64,000 bases of DNA, taken from NCBI GenBank assembly GCA_964346945.1, contig CAYFXL010000001.1:626-64625 (forward strand), in the 5' to 3' direction. The notes under the pieces are model-generated. The model made no database searches and was not told where the DNA came from. It saw only the letters and a list, made by a program, of their open reading frames with translations. Below, piece by piece: positions 58,379 through 64,000 of this stretch; position 1 is the stretch's first letter, and each line of letters starts with the position of its first letter. The stretch comes from an uncultured Syntrophobacterales bacterium (GTDB lineage: Bacteria; Desulfobacterota; BSN033; WVXP01; G020346125). Position numbers and translations under genes: made by a program.

Positions 58379-58531
58379 CTATTTCAATTGGCTAAGCAGC
58401 CCCAGTATGCCCGAAAAGATCAGGTAAAGAGCGACGAAGATATTGAGCAATCTAGGAATTACCAGGATAAGGACGCCGAGGATCAACGCAACTAAAGGGA
58501 GCAACACACCCGCATTTTCACCAAAGAACAT
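58379..58531 (-). CDS. DUF3096-like small membrane protein (50 aa)
   Basis: Not in the ORF track. Translates to MFFGENAGVLLPLVALILGVLILVIPRLLNIFVALYLIFSGILGLLSQLK. GGAGGTG lies 8 nt upstream of the ATG. Confidence 0.65.
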   Translation of the reverse strand: MFFGENAGVLLPLVALILGVLILVIPRLLNIFVALYLIFSGILGLLSQLK

Positions 58532-58581
58532 TCCGATTCACCTCCCCTTCTGGATATGGAGAAGCCCCTCCCCCAGAGACC

Positions 58582-59346
58582 TCAACCCATGGACGAATGC
58601 ATCCGTTGGAGGGGATGTTCCCGGCTCAGGATGTGGGATTTATGGCATAATCCTTCCTTCTGGCCCAAAATGGCATCGACCCTCTCCTGCAACCTTTGTA
58701 ATCTCATGTCCCCGAAAGGCTCAACCTCTCTGAGCTCCGGGCTGAGGGGATCAGAGGGGTTGAAATCCTGAAGGAGAAGTCTCCCCGTCCCCACAAGCTG
58801 ATGGGCCGCCTCACAGACCTGCTCATCCGTGAGAAGGGTGGGAACTACCGTCATCCGGAATAGATAATCAGTCCCCCCATTGGCCAACAGCCAAATGCTC
58901 TGCAGAATCGCCGAAATGTCAACGGCAACACCGGCAGATCTGCTGTAGCATTTCGAATCCAAGGGGGCTTTGATATCCATCGCCACACAATCCACCAGGC
59001 CCTTATCGAGTAGCTCCTTGATTCGGACGGGAAAAGCTCCATTCGTATCGAGTTTGACGGCCCATCCCTCCCCCTTGAGCCGCTCCAACAAAAGCGGGAG
59101 CTCGGGGGTCACAGTCGGCTCTCCGCCGGTAACGCAGACGCCATCAATCCACCCCTTTAACTCCTTCAGGCGCCTTAAAATGTATTCCTGCGAGATGGTT
59201 TCATACCTCTCGGGATTGATAACCAAGGGATGGTTGTGACAGTATGGGCATCTGAAATTGCATCCGGGAAGGAACAGAACCGCCGTTAACTTTCCCGGCC
59301 AATCCAGGAGCGAGGTCTCCCAAAAACCTTTGACTTGTAGCCCCAC
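58582..59346 (-). CDS. nrdG: Anaerobic ribonucleoside-triphosphate reductase activating protein
   Basis: SLLDWPGKLTAVLFLPGCNFRCPYCHN; VCVTGGEPT. Located in an nrdD context. Confidence 0.9.
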   Translation of the reverse strand: MGLQVKGFWETSLLDWPGKLTAVLFLPGCNFRCPYCHNHPLVINPERYETISQEYILRRLKELKGWIDGVCVTGGEPTVTPELPLLLERLKGEGWAVKLDTNGAFPVRIKELLDKGLVDCVAMDIKAPLDSKCYSRSAGVAVDISAILQSIWLLANGGTDYLFRMTVVPTLLTDEQVCEAAHQLVGTGRLLLQDFNPSDPLSPELREVEPFGDMRLQRLQERVDAILGQKEGLCHKSHILSREHPLQRMHSSMG

Positions 59347-59361
59347 CCTCTCTCCAATCCT

Positions 59362-59640
59362 TCATGTGGAAAAGAAACCGTGGGCCCTCAACGTCTCTTG
59401 GATCTCTCGTGGAGTTGGGACGGTACCCCTCCAGGCCGCCAGCTCATTGTCCTCTCCATCCTCCACGATGATGGTAGGGGTAGCCATTACTCCGTAAAAA
59501 GCCGCCTCTGCAAGCCCTTCGATGGTCCCAAGATCATAGTCGATAACCCTCACCCCCTCCATCCTCAAACGGTCCCCAACCTCTCGCGTAGCAGGACATT
59601 TCGGACATTCTTTCTTCGTGAAGATCTTGACCGCCCCCAT
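59362..59640 (-). CDS. Glutaredoxin/thioredoxin-fold small redoxin (CPKC)
   Basis: MGAVKIFTKKECPKCPATRE..ATPTIIV. The ATG at 59640 has GAAAGGAGGAG upstream; the track start at 59712 has none. Confidence 0.8.
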   Translation of the reverse strand: MGAVKIFTKKECPKCPATREVGDRLRMEGVRVIDYDLGTIEGLAEAAFYGVMATPTIIVEDGEDNELAAWRGTVPTPREIQETLRAHGFFST

Positions 59641-59747
59641 CGCTCCTCCTTTCTCGACCCAAAGGGTTCCCCTCAATTGTTGGGATTTCTGATAATGATA
59701 TCGTCGCGACATGGTGCACTCTCTGAATCGGAAAAACCCCCAGCCGT

Positions 59748-61937
59748 TTATTCGTCCACATTGATACGCTCATGAGCCTCCGATTTGCCCGAGTATGCCG
59801 ATGTCAACACAGCCGTCTTTGCCTCATGAATCCCTTCTTTCCCTTGAACCCCGAGAAATCCTTGGTTTCTATACCGATCGTGGAGCTCGCCAATCTTTCC
59901 CTTGTTCCAGCTGGAAATCCTGGTAAAGTACCCCGTAATTCGGGTGATCCCGTCTACATCCCTCGAGCCACAGTATTTGCAGATCTCAGCAAGGCCACGG
60001 CTCGTCCGATGGCAACGATTGCAGGTGGTGAATTCGGGGCTGAAAGCGATCTGATCGTTCTGGGTTTGTCTGAAGGTTTTGATCACGAAATTGGCCAGCG
60101 ATTCCTGCGAGGGTTTGGCCTCCCCCAGCCAAATATGGGTGAGGGCTCCCGCTTCAATCAATGGATGGAACAGACCCTCCTGCCTTACCCTCTCAACGGG
60201 GTTCATGACCGCGCCGTTATTGAGATATGTGGAATTGGTATAATAAACCTCTCCCCGGCGGATATCTCCCTTAACGACGTGGCGGGCCTTCTGCCAGTGG
60301 TATTGGAGATCTAGTTTGGCAAATCGATAGGCCGTGCTCTCTGCGGGAGTCTGTTCCAAAACGAAGTGCATTCCATATCTTGCGCTCAACTGATCCGCCA
60401 GGAGCTTCATATGGGCGATCACCTTCAAACCAAACTTGAATGCTTCCTTGGATCCGCTCATCTGATTGCCGGTATGGGTCTGAACCAGCTCGTTCAGCCC
60501 AACCATTCCAATGAGGTAGCTGGCCCGGTGCATCCTCAAATAGGGCGATCCATCACGTTTCATAGCCAGGAGAGCCAGGGGACCATTCTCCCCGTAGGAA
60601 AGGAGTTTTTCAATGAAGGCCTTCTTCTCCAAGTGGGCCCTAACGGCCATACCCATGAATTCCTCAACCTTTTCGAAGAGGGACCTGTCATCTCCCTCGG
60701 ATAGATAACTAATTCGGGGGAGGTTGAGGGTCACATTCTGCAGCGCACAATATCGCATTTTCCATGGCTGCTTAGCGTCCTCCAAATCGGAGGCGTCTAA
60801 TTTGAAGCTCAGCCGACAGCACTCGGATACCTTGGCCGTCTCCCCCCGATCGAAGACGAAGTAAGTGTTTCCCTTTTCGCTGGCCACGTTGCAGATGTGA
60901 TTGAGAAAATCTCGGTGCCCCCGTGTCCTGAAGAACTTCTCAGTGATGTGGACGAGGGGTTTGGGAAAGAAGAAAGGCCTCCCAGACCCGTCCCCTTCCC
61001 TATACACTTCGAAGAGAAACCATGCAAATCTTTGGGCTTCGCGCTCGTATTGGCTGTAAGTCTTACCCGTGTATTCCCCCATCGGGCCAATGGCCGGGAC
61101 GTCTTCAAAATGCCTCGGGATTTCCCAATAGAGATTAAGGTCGGTGAAGATGGCCTGGCCACCCCGGGCCACGGCCTGCTGGGAGAACTCGAAGATCATC
61201 ATCTGGGCCAATTGTTTGACCTCTTCATCCCTCATCCCCACCAGGTAAGGTGCGAAAAAGAGGTTCACCGCATCCCAGCCGATGGCCCCGGCAAAATGAC
61301 TCTGCAGGGCGGCGGCAAATTTAACCATGTGCGCTAATAACACCTCCGCGTGCTTGGCCGGTTTGGCCACGGCGATGGAATTGGGAAGGCTCAACCCGAA
61401 CCGTTTGATATATTCCACGGACTGTCCAGAACAGTACGGCCTATCGATGAAACCCAGATCATGGAGGTGAATATCCCCTCGCATATGGGCGTCGGCGACT
61501 TCCTCGGAGAAGACGGAGAGTAAGGCGTACTCCTTTTTAATCCTTTCCGCCAGGGTGAGATTGGTGGCTTCAGGGCCGTGAGGGACATTGGCATTCTCCC
61601 TGTTGGGATGGAGGATTAACTGACCCACGTCGTAAAGGGGCATACCCAACCGTGTATGCCTCTTGCGTTCTTGCTCCAATCCCCTCTCGATCAATTTCGC
61701 GTCCACCAACTCCCGAATGAGGGGGGAGGTTGCCATGGAGATGTTCGAGGAGGCAATGAGTTCCTCCACCTCACGGCTGATCTCCTGGGCGGTGACCACA
61801 TCCACCTTCGTCTCCCTTATCAGGGCATCGACGATCTTCTGGCGATTCCAACCCGAAAACTGGTCGTCCGAGGTGCGGACAAAGAGCGCCATATCCGTGG
61901 TCTCATTATCCTTCCTCAACAGCTTACCCTTCTCCAT
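59748..61937 (-). CDS. nrdD: Anaerobic ribonucleoside-triphosphate reductase (class III)
   Basis: ATP-cone N-terminus; C-terminal Zn ribbon CNRCHRTSRGLAEICKYCGS; glycyl-radical motif TRITGYFTR. The start is uncertain (61958, 61937 or 61892). The track start at 62081 lies inside repeat copy C. Confidence 0.93.
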   Translation of the reverse strand: MEKGKLLRKDNETTDMALFVRTSDDQFSGWNRQKIVDALIRETKVDVVTAQEISREVEELIASSNISMATSPLIRELVDAKLIERGLEQERKRHTRLGMPLYDVGQLILHPNRENANVPHGPEATNLTLAERIKKEYALLSVFSEEVADAHMRGDIHLHDLGFIDRPYCSGQSVEYIKRFGLSLPNSIAVAKPAKHAEVLLAHMVKFAAALQSHFAGAIGWDAVNLFFAPYLVGMRDEEVKQLAQMMIFEFSQQAVARGGQAIFTDLNLYWEIPRHFEDVPAIGPMGEYTGKTYSQYEREAQRFAWFLFEVYREGDGSGRPFFFPKPLVHITEKFFRTRGHRDFLNHICNVASEKGNTYFVFDRGETAKVSECCRLSFKLDASDLEDAKQPWKMRYCALQNVTLNLPRISYLSEGDDRSLFEKVEEFMGMAVRAHLEKKAFIEKLLSYGENGPLALLAMKRDGSPYLRMHRASYLIGMVGLNELVQTHTGNQMSGSKEAFKFGLKVIAHMKLLADQLSARYGMHFVLEQTPAESTAYRFAKLDLQYHWQKARHVVKGDIRRGEVYYTNSTYLNNGAVMNPVERVRQEGLFHPLIEAGALTHIWLGEAKPSQESLANFVIKTFRQTQNDQIAFSPEFTTCNRCHRTSRGLAEICKYCGSRDVDGITRITGYFTRISSWNKGKIGELHDRYRNQGFLGVQGKEGIHEAKTAVLTSAYSGKSEAHERINVDE

Positions 61938-62022
61938 CTTTACCACGGCACCCCCCATAGCAAATTCTCTTCTTCGTAGGCGAACACCGTTATCCCTTCG
62001 CTTCCATGCTTCGTGGTCTATT

Positions 62023-62205
62023 GATCGAATCCCCTTTCTCCCACTGAAAAGAATTCTTGACCATTCTAGCGTTCGCTCCACTGCAAAGAGCGCCAGGGCG
62101 CTACTTCTTTCCCTTCACTTGCCCTTCAGTCTCAGACATTGGATTTACGGCCGTTTCGCTTCACGAAGAATGGTTATCTAAAATTCTTTCATGTTCGGTC
62201 CAGGG
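62023..62205 (-). repeat. Dispersed intergenic repeat, copy C (full length, inverted orientation)
   Basis: The minus strand is collinear with copy B: ...ataaccattcttcgtgaagcgaaacggccgtaaatccaatgtctgagactgaagggc...tttgcagtggagcgaacgctagaatggtcaagaattctttt... Confidence 0.8.
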
Positions 62206-62432
62206 AACTCGGCCAAAACCTGGTTTCGAAAGTGACCTTGGCGCTTCGCAGTTGGTTGTTTTTCATCCTTATCCTTTGAACCCTCTAAAGGGCTGGCTTT
62301 CTCCTTCCGTTGGGCCCGAGCTCAGGATCGAAGACTCGGGACAAGCTCTGCTCAGGCTCGATGGGTACCCCAGTTCTCCAATGAATTCGGTCACGGACAA
62401 CGGTGTTCTCGAGAGACTCAGGAAATTTCTAT

Positions 62433-62486
62433 ACCCTATATATTGTATTATTCTTTTTTGATACTACAATATATAGGGTTTGTCAA
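62433..62486 (-). promoter_or_regulatory. nrdD promoter with two NrdR boxes
   Basis: Minus strand has TTGACA (62486-62481), 17 nt, TATCAA (62463-62458). Box 1 is CTACAATATATAGGGT (62464-62479, filling the spacer). Box 2 is ACCCTATATATTGTAT (62433-62448). Box centres are 31 bp apart. Both resemble acaCwAtATaTwGtgt. Confidence 0.7.
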
Positions 62487-62505
62487 GGAAAAAATCCAAA
62501 AAAAA

Positions 62506-63234
62506 TTATTTCATGTTTTCCAGAAGTCGGGGTAAAATACGCCCGGATTTTCCGAGGATCGATTCATCTACCCATCCGGAAATGGGCGTTGGCTCCACGT
62601 TGATTTCCACAATGAAGGCCCCTCCATTCCGGGCTATGGTGGGAAATGATGCCACGGGTTGGACAACGGCGGATGTACCAACCACCAACAGGAAGTCGCA
62701 TTCCCTTAAGGCCATGTGGGAGTCCCGTAAGTCTTTCTCCGCAAGAGATTCCCCAAACCAAACTACCTCGGGTCGGAGAAGGGCCCCGCACTCGCACCGG
62801 GGGGGAATCTCCTTCAAGGGCACCTCCTCATTGGCGAAAACCTTTCCCTCACCCATACACCTAACCCTCCAGAGATTACCATGGATTTCGATGAGCTTTC
62901 TGCTTCCGGCCTTTCTGTGGAGTCCATCCACATTTTGCGTGATCAGCAGAAACTCCACAGAGAGACCCTCCATGGCGGCAATTGCCAAGTGTCCTGCATT
63001 GGGTTCCTTTTCGGAAATCAATCGCCTCCTCCAATCGTACCATTCCCAGACCAATCGGGGATCCCTCCGAAAGGCCTCCGGAGTGGCCAGATCCTCCGCA
63101 CGATATCTCTCCCAGAGTCCGTTGGCTCCCCGAAACGTAGGGACCCCGCTTTCCGCTGAGATCCCAGCCCCTGTTATCACCACCAGCCTCTTCGCCCTCC
63201 GGAATCTTTCGATAGTCCTACGGGAAAAAATCAT
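62506..63234 (-). CDS. cobB: NAD-dependent protein deacylase (Sir2 family)
   Basis: VVITGAGISAESGVPTFRG; TQNVDGLH; Zn site C..C...C.C (RVRCMGEG..PPRCECG). Confidence 0.9.
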   Translation of the reverse strand: MIFSRRTIERFRRAKRLVVITGAGISAESGVPTFRGANGLWERYRAEDLATPEAFRRDPRLVWEWYDWRRRLISEKEPNAGHLAIAAMEGLSVEFLLITQNVDGLHRKAGSRKLIEIHGNLWRVRCMGEGKVFANEEVPLKEIPPRCECGALLRPEVVWFGESLAEKDLRDSHMALRECDFLLVVGTSAVVQPVASFPTIARNGGAFIVEINVEPTPISGWVDESILGKSGRILPRLLENMK

Positions 63235-63288
63235 CGAGCTCGTCCTCCGGGAACCGGCTCAGTCACGGCCATCGGAGCCAGCACCCAC

Positions 63289-64000
63289 TCACTCCCTTCC
63301 CACGGGAATGATGTGTATGGGGGTCTCCAAAATCCTCCTAATGAGCCCCATCAGCCCCTTCTCCATTGACTTCAGGGGGATGTGTCTCACCTTTGGGTTG
63401 GAAAAATTCCCCTTCACTTCAACGTAGTAGGCAATGACAGAATCATCCTCCCCCGCGAGAATTCTCCCAACCACAGGCACCTTACTCACAATTGTGTCGA
63501 CGGTTCCCAGGGGACAGAGCCCCATGGTTAAATCCAGGGCCTCACGGGCGATGTCCGCCTCCCCGATGATGGTGATCCTCATGGCGTCGCTGTCCACGAG
63601 GAGGTTTTTGGTTCTGGCAATTCCCCCAGCAATCCCAATCTCTCCGCTGATCCTGTTGTACGGAAGCCCTTCGCCGGTCAGCCCCGGCAGTTTCCCCTTG
63701 AATAGTTGGAGGACGTTGAGCAGCGAGAAAACCTTCGAGAGGAGGTGAAAACGTCGAATTCTCCCCTTTTCCATCCCCACGCTGAGTTTCCCCTCGAGGG
63801 ATCTCGTCAATTCCTTCCCATTACGACCCTTTCCCATCACCTTCCCCCACAGGCTGAAATTCCCGGTAATCCAAACACGCTCCTCCAAACCCAGATCCCT
63901 GGAGAACTGGCCGGCATCCACATCGCTCAACTTTGGGTGTAATGCAAAGGCAACTCCACCCTTTTTGGCCAAATCCACCCAAGCCGTCAGGTCAACTTTC
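63289..64000 (-). CDS. AsmA-family / YhdP-like outer-membrane biogenesis protein, C-terminal part (gene continues beyond the window)
   Basis: The frame stays open to position 64000 upstream of the GTG at 63978. The C-terminal region is beta-rich and resembles an AsmA_2/DUF3971 tail. Weak assignment. Confidence 0.5.
   Translation of the reverse strand, partial: KVDLTAWVDLAKKGGVAFALHPKLSDVDAGQFSRDLGLEERVWITGNFSLWGKVMGKGRNGKELTRSLEGKLSVGMEKGRIRRFHLLSKVFSLLNVLQLFKGKLPGLTGEGLPYNRISGEIGIAGGIARTKNLLVDSDAMRITIIGEADIAREALDLTMGLCPLGTVDTIVSKVPVVGRILAGEDDSVIAYYVEVKGNFSNPKVRHIPLKSMEKGLMGLIRRILETPIHIIPVGRE

Noticed and set aside
61938-62081. N-terminal extension of nrdD (MERTLEWSRILFSGRKGIRSIDHEAWKRR...).
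   Set aside because: The start codon at 62081 and roughly the first 20 codons (down to about 62023) lie inside repeat copy C (62023-62205), which is non-coding at its other loci. The ATP-cone begins only around residue 64.
62082-62432. Cobalamin or TPP riboswitch in the nrdD leader. The same idea was considered for 7694-8053.
   Set aside because: The diagnostic strings (B12 box, GGGAA...GGTGAAAATCC...GCCACTG for cobalamin; CTGAGA...ACCTGATCTGGATAATGCCAGCG for TPP) are absent. Only chance fragments such as AGCCAG or CCTGATGG are present.

Overview
Bacterial chromosomal window of about 50% GC, mostly housekeeping genes.

Gene content, in order:
- tRNA-Met(CAT).
- An extended macromolecular-synthesis operon on the minus strand: rpsU, yqeY-like, mutS2, dnaG, rpoD.
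- hsp20, a PAS-only sensor protein and a MerR regulator.
- A HEAT-repeat plus HD-GYP gene pair behind a perfect sigma54 promoter.
- ligA.
- A complete dcw cluster: mraZ, rsmH, ftsL, ftsI, murE, murF, mraY, murD, ftsW, murG, murC, murB, ddl, ftsQ, ftsA, ftsZ.
- A B12-domain radical SAM gene, then mfd.
- Two SurA/PpiC-type isomerases followed by pdxA.
- etfB and a ferredoxin-fused etfA.
- selD.
- Two further radical SAM genes.
- A lytic transglycosylase.
- An M50 protease operon.
- A minus-strand chain nrdD, redoxin, nrdG, DUF3096, GGDEF, mutT.
- A Sir2 deacylase and a partial AsmA-like gene.

The gene content (class III RNR, Sec usage, Etf-Fd, several rSAM enzymes, SurA/AsmA) suggests an anaerobic diderm bacterium.

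Signals not captured by the ORF track:
1. selD is a selenoprotein. It has an in-frame UGA at codon 17 followed by a SECIS-like hairpin.
2. A GEMM-I (c-di-GMP-I)-like riboswitch with a competing intrinsic terminator lies upstream of the transglycosylase gene.
3. A dispersed intergenic repeat family of about 130-185 nt has at least 4 copies. Two copies inflate ORF 5' ends (nrdD and the hydrolase).
4. Tandem NrdR boxes are embedded in the nrdD promoter, which is followed by a leader of about 500 nt.
5. Two conserved micro-ORFs are present: a bS22-like protein (31 aa) and a DUF3096-like protein (50 aa).
6. Three MraZ-type direct repeats sit at the dcw promoter.
7. Several long unexplained spacers are present.

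No CRISPR array, transposase or obvious defence island was seen. All family assignments rest on motifs read by eye; no database search was possible.
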